Below, piece by piece: positions 27,901-42,574 of a stretch of 64,000 bases of DNA (position 1 is the first letter of the stretch; each line of letters begins with the position of its first letter). Made by a program: the position numbers and the translations under genes. Location: the NCBI GenBank assembly GCA_951406725.2, contig OX597814.1, positions 191,146,001-191,210,000 of the forward strand. Direction: 5' to 3'. The notes below the pieces were generated by a model. That model ran no database searches, was not told the origin of the DNA, and was given only the letters and a program-made list of their open reading frames with translations. The DNA is from Octopus vulgaris. Lineage: Eukaryota.

Positions 27901-30900
27901 TAAAATCTAGTTTCACAAACACTTCTTTCAAAATCCCTATTTTTGTTTATCATCCATTCCCTTGTGTAAGTTGAACTACATAAAATGTTAAAGAAAGAAA
28001 CCTAGCTGTTTCTTGCAATAAATACATCTAAAGCAAAACGTTTCCATGGACTCTAAAATATTACTGCAGATCCTCATTTACTATTCTGCTTGCGTGAACC
28101 CCCAGGGTTGAGAACCACTGGTTTAGAATAAGAAAATTACTCTGGCTTAATGTGACATTATGAAATCCTGGTCATTACTGTCTTCAGTTGTAGGACTCAT
28201 AGAGCTGGTTACCCAGTTTCCATGACTGAGATCCCAACATTCTCCCTGAACAAGGACACCAATCAGTCATAGAGTTATTCATTTACAGCCGAATGAACTG
28301 GAACAAAGTGAAATGAAGTGTCATGCTCAAGAACACAACACACCACCTGGTCCAAGAATTGAAACTAGAATCTTGTGATTGAGAGTAAAATACCTTAGCC
28401 ACAAAGCCATGTGCCTTCACTTAATCTAAGACCAAGAAAAAAACTAAGAGAATGACAAAGTATTCATTCTTACATTGGAATAAACATCAAGATGATTGAT
28501 ATTCTTTGCTTTTATTCTTTTATTTGTTTCAGTCATTTGACTGCGGCCATGCTGGAGCACAGCCTTTAGTCGAGCAAATCGACCCCAGGACTTATTCTTT
28601 GTAAGCCTAGTACTTATTCTATCAGTCTCTCTTGCTGAACTGCTAAGTTATGGGGACGTAAACATACCAGCATCAGTTGTCAAGCGATGTTGGGGGGACA
28701 AATATAGACACAAACATACATATACATATATACGACGGGCTTCTTTCAGTTTCCATCTACCAAATCCACTCATAAGGCTTTGGTCGGCCCGAGGCTATAG
28801 TAGAAGACACTTGCCCAAGTGGGACTGAACCTGGAACCATGTGGTTGGTAAGCAAGCTACTTACCACACAGCCACCAAAAATTTCAAATAAAGCAAAAAT
28901 TACTTCATAAGAATACAAGTTGTAAGCTAGTCAAAGCTTCATCAATTGCCATTTATTCATTCCAATTCCACCTCTATTTGATCTCACAACCTGCTGGATA
29001 TAGCAGCCAATCTCCTACAAATCCCATTCTACCACTTTACAAAAAAGACAGGACAACTGAACAATGCTGTCTTAACTGTATCTGAAAAGATGAGATGAAC
29101 ACAGAGGTAATGCCATCAATTAAAGGTTTGCTTGATCAAGGTTGACCTGTGGCTACAACACCAACTTAACTTTTTAATCATGAGCTAAGAGAGTGAAAGA
29201 AATGCTTATACTAAATAGAGCAACAGCAGCAAAAAGAAAGAAAAGGAAAAGAGAGGTCCACATTGTGTTCAGAATAATAATTAAAGTATAATTTCATAGT
29301 ATTGTCTTTATAGTAACATCACATAAGTGAAGACAATTATTTCATTTTTGGAAACACTTTACAAATGCTGAAATAAATAAAAACTAACGACTCACCTCTG
29401 TAAGGTTCCCTTGTCCAGTCTCAAAGCCATCTAACTCAGAAGGATCAGCAACTTCAATGACATCTTCTCCCTCAAAATCAGCATCAGAAGGAACTCTAAA
29501 ATTAGGGTTAGAAATATAATTGCTTTTTTTTTGGAAAATGGTTCTTTATGAATTTCATACCAGTAAAACCAATACAGAAAAATAAAAAAAAAAGATACCA
29601 GACTGATGATGAAGATCACTATCATCACCATTTTATGTTTATCTTCCATGCTGGCATGGTTTGGACAGTTTGACAGGAGCTGGTAAGTCTGGGGACTGAG
29701 CCAAGGTTTGCTTGATCAAGGTTGACCTGTGGCTACAACATCAACTTAGTTCTACTAAGTCTTGATTATCATCTGGTAACAAATAAAAGCAGTTCTACTT
29801 GGTCTGAAAAATGCCTCTAAGTCTCTTTCTAACCTCTAACTTTTGATGGCGGTTAGGTGGGGGTCTTGATTCCTCAATACATAAATACTACCAATGAAAA
29901 ATATCACTGCAGGCACTTAGAACATCATTAAAAGACCAGTAGACCGCCTCACATCATCATTATTTCAAGTGTGCTTTTCCATGCTTGTATGGGTCATACA
30001 AGATTTGTTGAGATAGACTTTCTACTGAAGGATGCCTTCCCTGTTTTAAACCCTCACTTGTTTCCAAGCAAGGTAATGTTTTCTCATGCCCTGTTTTTCA
30101 CAGAAGACTGGAAATGAAGATTGACTGTACAATGATAATGCTTATTTACAACTATCAAGTGATGTCAAGACAAAGGTATGCATAGATATGCATGAACACA
30201 TACACACACACACAGATGTGTATACAACAGGCTTCTTTCAGTTTCCATCATCCAGATTCACTCACAAAGCTTTGGTTGGTCTGGAGCTATAGTAGAAAAC
30301 ATTTGTCCAAGGTACCATGCAGTGAGACTGAACCCAAGATTACATGGTTGGGAATCAGCAGTTTAAGGGTTTTATGAGAAGAGATCAAGATTTTGATGAT
30401 AATGAAATTTTATAATTACACACATGCACCAAAATAAATAAACAAACAATAATCTTGCAACTGGGTGCTTGAGTGAGTAAAACTGCTAACATATAGCCAT
30501 ATTAAAATTATACTAAAACAATGACTGAAGTCACTAAATGAAATAACAAACAATGATTTCTTGGACACAAGTCAACATTTTGGAAGGGGCATATTCAATT
30601 ATTTCAACTCCAGAAACTGACTGGTATTTATTTACAATTCCAGAAAGATGAAAGTCCAAGTTGTTCTGGTGGGATTTGAACTCAACTTAATTAAATACTT
30701 GTGAGGCTTTTGTTCGACATTCTACTGATTTTGCCATTGAAAAGAAATTGTTTAACCTATGAAATGCCAAAATTCATTTAATGAAATTAGGCTAATAGGG
30801 TAATTTCATCAAGTTTATTTTTAACACAGATATATCTAAATATATTTTTATACAACAATTTTATATGAGAGTTGAAGATAGTCAAGAGCATTCAACAATA

Positions 30901-33900
30901 TTTAGTTCACATACTAAATTTGTAATCAAATATCTTTGGTCAAGGTCATTTAACTAGAATGAAACGATACACTAGCACAATGTAGTGTGTGAAAATATTG
31001 TGTAATTGACAAGTATTTTGTAAGTTTGCAAATGGCTTGCAGGACGGCCTGCTGTGCTAACCTTGGATTGTAGAGTGACCCGCTTTTCTTGAGGAGACCT
31101 ATTGAGTCAAGTACGTCAACACCAACATCAAAATGAAAATCAAATGGAAATTGTAGTTAAGATACCCGTACCGGTGACACATAAAAAGCACCGTCCGAAC
31201 GTGGCAGATGCCAGCGCCGCCTCGACTGGCGTCTGTGTCGGTGACACGTAAAAGCATCAACCGTTCATGGCCGTTTGCTAGCCTACCCTGGCCCCTGTGC
31301 CAGTGGCATGTAAAAAGCTCCCACTACACTCATGGAGTGGTTGGCGTTAGGAAGGGCATCCAGCTGTAGAAACACTACCAGATCGGACTGGAGCCTGGTG
31401 CAGCCTCCTGGCCTCCCAGACCCCGGTTGAACCATCCAACCCATGCTAGCATGGAAAACGGATGTTAAACGATGATGATGATTAAATCTTTCCATGAGTA
31501 AAAACCTATATCAAGGGTGGCGACTATCTAACTAGGATACAAACTCATGATTCACCAGCTGAATAGTTAATTTAATCACTTGATAACAACATTACTATCA
31601 ACATTGTTCTAATATCTACCTTTTCATGCTTACATGGGTTGGAAGAAGGCAGATTTTCTACAGCTGGATGCCTTACCTGTTGCCAACCCTCAACTGTTTC
31701 CAAGCCAGGGAATATTTTCAGCTAGCTAGGCATGTTTTTTACAGAAGACTGGAAATGAACAAACACACTTGTATGATGATGACACTCACTCACAACCATC
31801 CATGATATCTAGACAAGAGTACACACAAATACACTTTGGGTCATCCCATAAAGAATGTGTTTTTTTTTTCAACTGCATGAACTAAAAGTCAGAGAAGGAT
31901 GGGATAAACTACCTGCATCAACTTGTATTAAAAGCAGGTAAAAATTTTAACTTGTCCTTATTCTTAGTGCAAGTTTTGAAGAGTGCAGTTTGATTTTTAA
32001 CATATAGTTTTTTAAAGTTATAATGGAAGTAACAAAGGAGCATATATGGTATGTTTTGCTTTGTGAGTTTAATAAAGGCAACAACACAATGGAAAGTGCA
32101 AGGAATATTAATGCAGCATATGGGGATCGAACAATAAGCATAAGCCAGTGTCAACAGTGGTTCCAGAAATTCTGAGCTGGAAACTACAGCCTAGAAGACG
32201 AGCCTCATCCTGGAAGATCTGTATAGCTTGATAAGGACATTGTGCAAACCCTTGTGGAACAAAATCCCATTGTAACTGTTAAGGAACTAGCAGAGAAGCT
32301 TGGATTTAGTCATTCAAGTCAGCGCTAGAAGAAAAACGACCATCTTCAGTTTGAAGACAAAACGTGTTCTTCCATCAGGATAATCTTGGCCACATACAGC
32401 GAGAATGATATTCCAAAGGCTGGAACAGTTTGAATGGGAAACGATGCTACACCCACCATATTCTCCAGACATTGCCCCATCTGATTATCATTTATTCCAC
32501 AGTCTTCAAAATCATTTGGATGGCAAAAGTATGAATTCTGTAGACGAAGTCAGAACAGTTCTTGAAGAGTATTTTTTGTCATGGACAAGTGAATTTTGGA
32601 AGAGGGGCCTTGCAAGTCTACCAGACAGATAGAAGAACATTGTAGAAAATGATGGAGAGTATATTTTCGATTAAAAAAAGAACTTTGTTTATCTTAGTTT
32701 TGAAAAATAAAAGAAGTATAAAAAAACCGCATTATTTATGGGATGACCCAATATACATCAAAATCAACATGCAAATATATTTATTTATTTATTTGTAGAG
32801 GGGACAAACAAGGACAGACAAAGGGATTAAGCTGATTAGATCGACCCCAGTGTGTAACTGGTACTCAATTTATTGACTCAAAAGGATGAAAGGCAAAGTC
32901 GACCTCGGTGGAATTTGAACTCGGAACATAACGGCAGACAAAATACTGCTAAGCATTTCGCCTGGCGGGCTAACGTTTCTGCCAGCTTGCTGCTTTATGC
33001 TTTCTTACGTTGGCATAAGGCTTACACATTTTGGGAGAGAGCTACAGTAAATGAAATCAACTCAGTATTTGGCTGGTATTTATTTTGTTGATGCCTGACA
33101 GATGAAAGGCAAAATTGACCTTGGCATGATCTGAATTCAGAATGTAAAGGAATGTAACTATACACTGAAAGGTATAACTATACACCGATGCTCTTCTGAT
33201 TCTGCCAAATCAACACTCTGCAACATGAAATTTAAAATCATTTCCCACAGTCATCACTGTTTTTCATATTTGCATCAGTAACACAGTATAGGTTGCAATG
33301 TGTCTGCCAAGAAAGTCTGAGGCTTATGAATACTTACTCTAACAGCTCATATTCTTCCATTTCAAGTTCATCTCTTCTTTTTAGATGGCTCTGATATGAA
33401 GTCTGTGATGGGATACCAGCAGCATTAGTAGATGGAATCTTCTCAGCTTTAACAGTGGATTCTTTAGTAGTTTCACTGTACTCGTTATCACTCCCAAGTA
33501 AAGCATCTTCGTCAAGTTCTTCATCAGACTCCTCTTTTTCCTAGGAAGAAATATTCACAAGTTCAAATTCAGACATAAATGATCAAAATACAAATTTAAT
33601 TGCAATGTTAAAGTTTCTCTTGAAGGTCAAGCATTTTCAACATACTGATGATTAAAATTATAATTACCACAAAATTTAGAGTTTTTAAAACCATTCTTTA
33701 GGTCTTTTCAGGGACTTCTATTTTTCCACTAATTCTCATACTGATTTCATGAAATGATAATTTACTGAGAGTGATTACTGTCTTTCAATGCCTGCAAATC
33801 TGGGCTCAGCATAGGTTAAATAATTCTTTAAATTTAGACAAATCTTGAATATTTTATCTTATTTTTTCTTTGTAAATTAACATCAAATATCTTAGTAAAT

Positions 33901-36775
33901 TAAAACATGGTTTATTTAGTTTTATGTCTCAATTTATGTTGATTAAACAAATTTGTCCAGTAATTCTTGACAGCACAATACTTATACTAGAATGCAGAAG
34001 AGAACATTGTATACAAAGATCAAATAATGTTAAAGATCCTTATGGTTTGCAGCTGTCATCATCATCATTTAATGTCCGTTGTCCATGCTGGCATGGGTTG
34101 GACGGTTTGACCAGGACTAGCAAGCTGGAAAGCTGCACCACACTCCAGTCTGATTTGGCATGGTTTCTATGGCAGGATACCCTTCCTAATGCCAACCACT
34201 CCAAGAACATAATGGATGTTTTTTACATGCCACTGGCATGGGTGCCATTTGTGTAACATCAGTATTTGCCACAACTGCAGTTTTACTTGGCTTGATGGGT
34301 TTTCTCAATCACAACATAGTGCCAAAAGTCTTGGTCATTCATCAATGCCTCCATGTGGAGCAACATTCAAAAGGTGACTTTCACATGCCACTGGCATTGG
34401 CCACTTTGCCTCCATGAGACCCAAAGCTCAAAAGGTGCCTTTTACGTGCCACCAGCATTGGCCATGACTATGATTTCACTTGGCTTGACGAGTGTTCTCA
34501 AGCACAGCATATCGCGAAAAGGTCTCAATCACCAGTCATTGCCTCTACCACCTCATCCATGTCTTCCTGGATCTACCTCTACCATAGGTTCCTTCCACAG
34601 AGATCGACACTTCATTACAGAGCTGTTTTCGTCCATATGCATCACACAACCATACCGATGCAGTTGTCTCTCTTGCACACCACATCTGATGCCTCTCAAG
34701 TCCAACTTCTCTTTCAAGAGGGTTACACTCTGTCCAACATGCACACTGACATTGTACATCCAGCGAAGCATATTGGCTTCATTTCTTTCAAGCCTACACA
34801 TGTCCTTGGTTGTCAGTAGCCCATGTTTCACTGCTGTGTAACATAGTTGTTTGCACACAGGCATCATACAATCTGCCTTTCACTCTGAGGGAGAGGCCCT
34901 TTGTTACCAACAGAAGTAGGAGCTCTCTGAACTTTGTCCAGTCGATTCCTATTCTCACAGCTACACTCACGGAGCATCCACTTCTGCTACTAACTTGGTC
35001 ACTAGTTCTGGTAGTGATTCAGCTATAAGAACAAGGTCATCAGCATAGAGGAGCTCCCAGGATACATGAGACAATTGTTTTGGATAAATTTATAAAGTAA
35101 GAAATTGTGTTTTGTACATTATTAAGGAAGGAACCATGAAGTGGGGCCTCAGAATGTGGAACCTCAAAGAGACAATGGAAATTCAAAGGTGAAAAGGTTT
35201 ATGCTGTGTGGAATATCATCACTCACTGTGACATTTTATTATGGGATAAATGGAACTTAAGAAGTTGATAATGATTAAAAATAGAATAATAATTACCTTA
35301 GAACTTTGAAATGCACTTATACCCAAGATGTCATCATGTAATAGATCTTCATCACTGAATATAAAAAAAGAAAGAAAAACAAAAGGTTCATCATTAACTG
35401 TTGTCATCTTCCTATTTCATTATTATATCTGCTGTCTTTATTTAAGTTTATTAGTATATATGTGAGCAGTTGAAAAGTTGTCAGATAGATGTTGTATATA
35501 TAGGGAAAGTTTACGAAAAAAACAAAAGATGAAGACAGGTGGTGTACAAAACAAACAGATGTATTAGTATAACGCTCAGGAATAGAAAAAGTCTTTTATG
35601 TTTCGAGCCTATGCTCTTCTACAGAAAGGGACACAGAAAAAACAGGGAGAGAAAAAAATGTGTGTAGTGGCTAACGATCTATCATGGCGACTAGTGCCGG
35701 ACATGGAGTCTTACGTCAGTTAAGAATCATCTTAGTAGGGAAGATATGTTTTTGTACAGATATTCTGGTGTATGTCATATGTGTCTAGGAAATGTTACTT
35801 CTGATCTATGTACATCTGGTGTTTATATTTTTATTGGCAAGTATCTTCTACAGTAGCTTCAGGTCAACCAATGCTTGTGAGTAAAATTTGGAAGATGGAA
35901 ACTGTAAGGTAGCATGCCATACACACACATCATCATTTTACTTTTGCTTTCCATGTTGGCATAGTTGTCACAGCCTAAATCCTTGCTTACTGGGAGCTTA
36001 CTACTCTTAGAGTGTTGAAATGTATCATTTTAGCTGGATACCCTTCCTATCACCAACCATTTTACAGACAATGCTTGAGTGCTGGCACCAGCACTAGAGG
36101 GGTTCATAAGTCTTCAGTGAAACAAAACTAAAGGGATCTCACAATGCTACATGTTCTCACTTGCGTGCTTTTCTTCAGATGATGTGATTGTAGAGGAGGG
36201 TGGTCAGAAAGGGCAAGAGAAACAAGCAAAAATAGACAGAATGATGGGGCTGGGGGGAAAGAGAGGACTAATGGCAAAAGCAGAAGTAGACATAGCAAGA
36301 GTAGGTGATGGGTGGCAAAGAAAAGTGGTCCAGGAGGGAGAGAGAGAGAGAGAGAAGGGGGTCAGTACAGATAGGGTGCAGGCTATTTGTGACGGACACC
36401 TCCTCCTGATTATGCTCAGTAGACTGAAATCATGATATGGGAGCTCTGGCACCCATAACAGATGATTCTTGGCTTCTATGGATTATGTGTATGCTTTTAA
36501 GCACCAAGCATCTATATAAAAGGTTCTCTCAAACCTAATAACAAAATATTCAGTGTTCCAACTAGACATCTACATTAAGATGGATATAAAGATTGCCTTT
36601 TGGTATTAATGCTGCTTCTGTTGTTTCCTTCTACCAAATCCACTCACAAGGGTTTGATCAGTCCGAGGCTATAGTAGAAGACACTTGCTCAAGGTGCCAT
36701 GCAGCGGGACTGAATCTGGAACCATGTGGTTGGTAAGCAAGCTACTTACAACACACCCACCCCTGCGCTTCTGTA

Positions 36776-36807
<32 letters not shown>

Positions 36808-39800
36808 AAACAAGGCACAAGCACAGGCAAGGTCAGTTTTGGCAAGGTTTTTACAGATGGATATCCTTCCGAACACCAAATACTTTACAGTGTGGACTGG
36901 GTGCTTTTAAGTGGCACCTGCACTGACAGGGTCACCATGACCTTGCAAAAGACAAAAGCTTTTAAGAGAGGAGGAGGCATTGAAGGAGGTGATGATGAAA
37001 TGGTTATAGTGAGACAGATACAGGTGTCTTGCTATAGAGGAAGTACAAGGTTACCTGACTAAAGAGAGGAAGATCAGGAATGAAGACAGAAACAGGTGTG
37101 CTACCGCAAAGAAAATACACAGTTGCCCACCTGAGGGAAGTGCAGGAAAGGAGAAAGAGAGTGGGAGACGCAGGATGGTGATGGTGGCAAAATGCTGGGC
37201 ATACTCACAAGGAATGGGGATTAGAGTATAAATGAGATGGCTGAGTAAAGGAAGAGAGAGATATAGATAGTTGCAAGTGCCAGGGCATACTCTTGAGGTT
37301 CAAATGCCATAATATAAGTGACAGGATACTGTGAAGGAAGTGTGATTAACTCTTTCGTTACTATATTTCTGACCAAAATACACACCTTATGTGTTTCAAT
37401 TAATTTCTAACGTAATCATAAATTTAGTCTGGTTTCATTAAACAACTATAACTTTTTTATTTATCAATATATTAATTTGATTTTTGGAAGATAATTTAAT
37501 GAAATGTTCTCAACCAATTCTATACTATAATTTTTGTCACAAAGTGACTCTAATTGCAGGTAGATACAGGTAAATTCAACAAAATATAAAATTATTAAAA
37601 TTTTGTTCAAACATCGCTATAGAAAATGAGTTATTAGCTAATATTCAATTGGGTATACAACAAAATTTTACGATAGAATTTGTTATTCTGGGTAACTTTC
37701 TGATACCCATAATATTTATGGCAAAATAGTCTTAATTTCATTTAAGGTTATGGGAAACCACTAACTATCGTTTTGTTTACATTTAGCGTAACGGTTCGTT
37801 TCCGCTGTAATGATTTCAAATAGGCTCATTCGAAAAAGTAAAAAGAAATAGTCTAAGGCTTTACTCTTCTGGGAAAGTCTGTGGCTTGGTCCAGTTTCTT
37901 CAGAAAAATCACTGAAAGAAACAGTTTCTAAATTTTCACTCCATTCAGGTGCCAATTCGTTTTCTTTATCGCTGTCGGAGGTCTCGGATTCACTGTTTTC
38001 ACTTTCGGAAAATGAAACATCAGATTCATTATCAAATACCACATGCTTTTTTTTTCAGTCATAGAGTTAGATTTATGAAGGTCTTCAGTAGAAAATCCTT
38101 CGAATTCTGACTCGCTGCTTGATAGAATGAAATTCGTATCCATTTTTTGTCAGAATTACAAATTTTGAAAACACAATAGGAACAAATTTCGGAAAAATCT
38201 CCCAAAATTCACAGAATTAAAATTACACTTCGATTTTTGTACAAAACTGTAGTTGAACTCTTTACGAAGTATAATACGTGTTTTCACGAATGTACTAAAG
38301 AGATTTGCTCTGATATTCTCATTTAAATATTAATAGGTAAATTCGGGCGGTTTGGTAACGAAAGGGTTAAGGAGTGTTTCAGTATTACATGTCAAAAATG
38401 AAACAATAACACCTCTATTGTTATAATGATATAATAGTTTCACTTTCAATAGTTCCATTTTTATTAGTTTCACTATATAAATATATGTTAGTATAGTTTC
38501 AATTTTAATAGTTTCATTTCTATTAGTTTCAATATATATATATATATGTAATGATTCACAATCGATGTGTAGAAATGGTGTACTCTGAATGAATAAGGTA
38601 ATGTAATCTGATGGCAGACAGAATTCCACAAATTAGGTACTCCAAAGACAGTCAAAAGGATGGGAGTGTGTGTGAGAGCATGCGGTAAATAGTTAACCCC
38701 CGCCCCAAGCAAAAAACACAGCAAATAAAAAACAAAAATGCGAGGATGTGGTACATGCAAAGTATTAAAAGATACTCAGGGAAGGAAAGAAAGGTTGTTT
38801 AACGTTTTGAGCAAAGCTCTTCTCCGGAAACAGGAGAAAGTCCAAGAGAAAAGGAAGACAGAGGGAAAAAATCACCAACAATCCACATGTAGTTTCAAAA
38901 TGTAATTATATGTGGATTGTTGGCGATTTTTTTACCCCTCATTTCCCTTTTCCCTTGGACTTTCCTCTGTCTCCTGTTTCTGAAGAAGAGCATTGCTCGA
39001 AACGTTAAAAAACCTTCTTTCCTTCCCTGAGCATCTTTTAATATTTTACATGTACCACGTGCTTGTGCTGTTGTTTTTTTTCTTGTGTTTTTTCATTTTT
39101 TTAAAATTAATTATATATATATAAATATGTACGTACATACGTTTATATATATATGTGTATATATAGCACCCACTACACTCTCGGAGTGGTTGGCATTAGG
39201 AAGGGCATCCAGCTGTAGAAACTCTGCCAGATAAAGATTGGAGCCTGGTGCAACCATCTGGTTCGCCAGCCCTCAGTCAAAATCGTCCAACCCATGATAG
39301 CATGGAAAGCGGACGTTAAATGATGATGATGAGTGTGTGTGTGTGTATATATATGCTTATGTATATATAGATGTCAAATATTTAAGCAGATATGTCTATC
39401 TGATGAAGCATCATTACATATTTAAATGGATTTGATTATTCTTGAAAAACTTTGTTTTATTAATGAAGCAGAAACAGCTGTAATTTATGAGATGTGTCAT
39501 TTGTTTGTATAAAATATTTAAACTGAATTGGATTTATAATTGTTCAATTTATAGTTTTGTTTTCCATTTCTTATTTATATAGGTAATATAAACCAGTAAA
39601 TTCTTCAGATATTTAATATCCCTCAGGTGATTTTTACACCTAGCTAAATTGTTATATATGTGTGTGTGTGTGTGTGTGGTGTGCGTATATATATGTGTAT
39701 GTATGTATATGTGTGTACGTGCGTGTATATATAAATTACTTGTTGAGCCTTGAGAAAGACATTGTCCATGATCTTTACAGGGTTCTGAGAGCAGTAGATA

Positions 39801-42524
39801 AACACTTGCAGGAAAGATGTGAGTAGTGAGAAGATTTTAGAGGGATGATGTTCCTGGGAGAGAGAGGATAGGGCAAAATAGCGAGTGCAGAGCTAAGGGG
39901 TTTGGATATAGCAAGACCGAAAAGACTGAAAAACAAGTGGTTCAAGGATGCTTGTTGAAGGAGGGACAAAGCCAAGTAAGCTCTGAAAAATAGAGGCCAT
40001 CATAGTTGCAACAGAAAGGAGAGAGAGAAGAGACAGTATATTTATGGGTGAGGGACTGGAGCATGTTGGCAGGTGATTGAATTCTAATCATCTGAGTGTC
40101 CCTTCTCTGGATGTGGTGAAGGATCCCTGTATGTATAGCAGCAATACCATCCTAGATGTGGGATCACACACATAGATAAGAGATGACACAGGAAACACAA
40201 TGGTTATGTTATGAACTTCATTAGCTTACAGCTGTTTCTGCTATAAGATGCAGCAGACTCATGGTTAGTGCCTGATTAACATCCTATAGCTTCATTGGGA
40301 CCTTGAATATGAAGTGCAATTTATTTGAGAAGAAAGAACAACCAGTTCTTGTAATGCCCATGTGAAATATAAACATGTGTATGTGTGTGTATATATATAT
40401 ACACACACACGCACACACATATATTCTTTTATTCTTTTACTTGTTTCAGTCATTTGACTGTGGACCATGCTGGAGCATTGCCTTCAGTCAAATAAATTGA
40501 CCCCAGGACTTATTCTTTGCAAGCCCAGTACTTATTCTATCAGTCTCTTTTGCCAAACCGCTAAGTTATGGGGATATAAACACACCAACATCGGTTGTCA
40601 AGCAGTGGCAAACACAGACACAGACGCATATATATACAACAGGCTTCTTCCAGTTTCCATCTACCAAATCCACTCACAAGGGTTTGGTTGGCCTGAGGCT
40701 ATAGTAGAAGATACTTGCCAAAGGTGCCATGCAGTGGGACTGAAACCGGAACCATGTGGTTGGTAAGCAAACTACTTACCACACAACCATGCCTATATAT
40801 ATACATATATATATATATACACACACACACACACGTGTGCATGTCAAACTCATGCATACTTGTATTTATGTCTTTGCATTGACTGTTTCTACAGTGTTCA
40901 CTGATTTATGCGTCCCCTAAATAAAATGTCTAGCAGCAGTTCAAAGTGCAGAGGCATGGAATAATGCACCTTACTTGATAAACAAGCAAGAGTTGGCATC
41001 AGGAGGAATTTTGACAAACCCATGCCAGGATGGAAAAAGCAGACACAAAATCAATGATGATGATGATGGTGATGCTGTTTACTTTGGTTGTGTGAAAATA
41101 TTGTTCTACTTTTTCCCTATATAAGTGGTAGTATCAGGTGATTTGTGCATCATGGGGATATCAAATTAGTTTATATTGGAAGTGTGTTTATATGGTATAT
41201 GTGAAATGTAATCTCAATCATGACTGTGGTGCTGATAACAATGCAGTGATCACAATACACACACATGTATTTGTATGAGTGCATGTGTGTGTGTATATTA
41301 TAACTGTGGTTATTTGCAAACTCTGCATTTGATCTGTGTAACATAGAACAATAAAGTGCTTCCCTTGTGATTTGCTGTGGTTCAGCATCAAAATGCACTT
41401 GGAACACCTACTTCTGTGGTTGCAAATAACCTCAATGGTGAAACATACTTGGGAAGCAAATCATATAAGCTTGTGTTTATCATAATCTCTCCAACACTTG
41501 CTCTGCATCTCATAACCATTAAACTACTAGGTACTGTAATAACCACGCAACTATACTGGAAGAGTGTGTGTGTGTGTGTGTGCCACTACACTCACGGAGT
41601 GGTTGGCGTTAGGAAGGGCATCCAGCTGTAGAAACACTGCCAGATCAGACTGGGCCTGGTGCAGCCTTCTGGCTTCCTAGACCCCAGTTGAACTGTCCAA
41701 CCCATGCTAGCATGGAAAGCGGACGCTAAATGATGATGATGATGATATATATATATATGTGGGTCCCAGAACATCTCACTGTGCTTGAGGAGACCTGTTG
41801 AGTCAAGTGCATGTACATGAACATCGAAACAAATATCAATGGAAATAGTAGTTGTGATACCTGTGCCGGTGGCACATAAAAAGCACCATCCGAACATGGC
41901 CGTTGCCAGCGCCGCCTCGACTAGCTTCTGTGCCGGTGGCACATAAAAAGCACCATCCGAACGTGGCCGATATCAGCGCCGCCTTGACTGGCTTCCATGC
42001 CGGTGGCACGTTAAAAGCACCAACCGATCGTGGCCGATGCCACCCCCCCCCCGGCACCTGTGCAGGTGGCACGTAAAAAGCACCCACTACACTCGCAGAG
42101 TGGTTGGTGTTAGGAAGGGCATCCAGCTGTAGAAATACTGCCAGATCAGACTGGAGCCTGGTGCTGCCCCTGGCTTCCCAGACCGCGGTCGAACCGTCCA
42201 ACCCGTGCTAGCGTGGAAAACGGACGTTAAACGATGATGATGATATAATCAGATGTTGCTACACATCGCAGGTCACAATGCGATCACATTGTTTTAGCCT
42301 TCAAAACGACGCCATCCCACTAACTAAGCGAGCAGGCCAACAGAAGAAAGAGAGAAAGAATGGTGAAAGAGTACAGCAGGGATCACTACCCCCTGCTGGA
42401 GCCTCGTGAAGCTTTTAGGTGTTTTCGCTCAATAAACACACACAACGCCCGGTCTGGGAATTCGAAACCGCAATCCTACGACTGCGAGTCCGCTGCCCTA
42501 ACCACTGGGCCATTGCGCCTCCAC

Positions 42525-42574
<50 letters not shown>

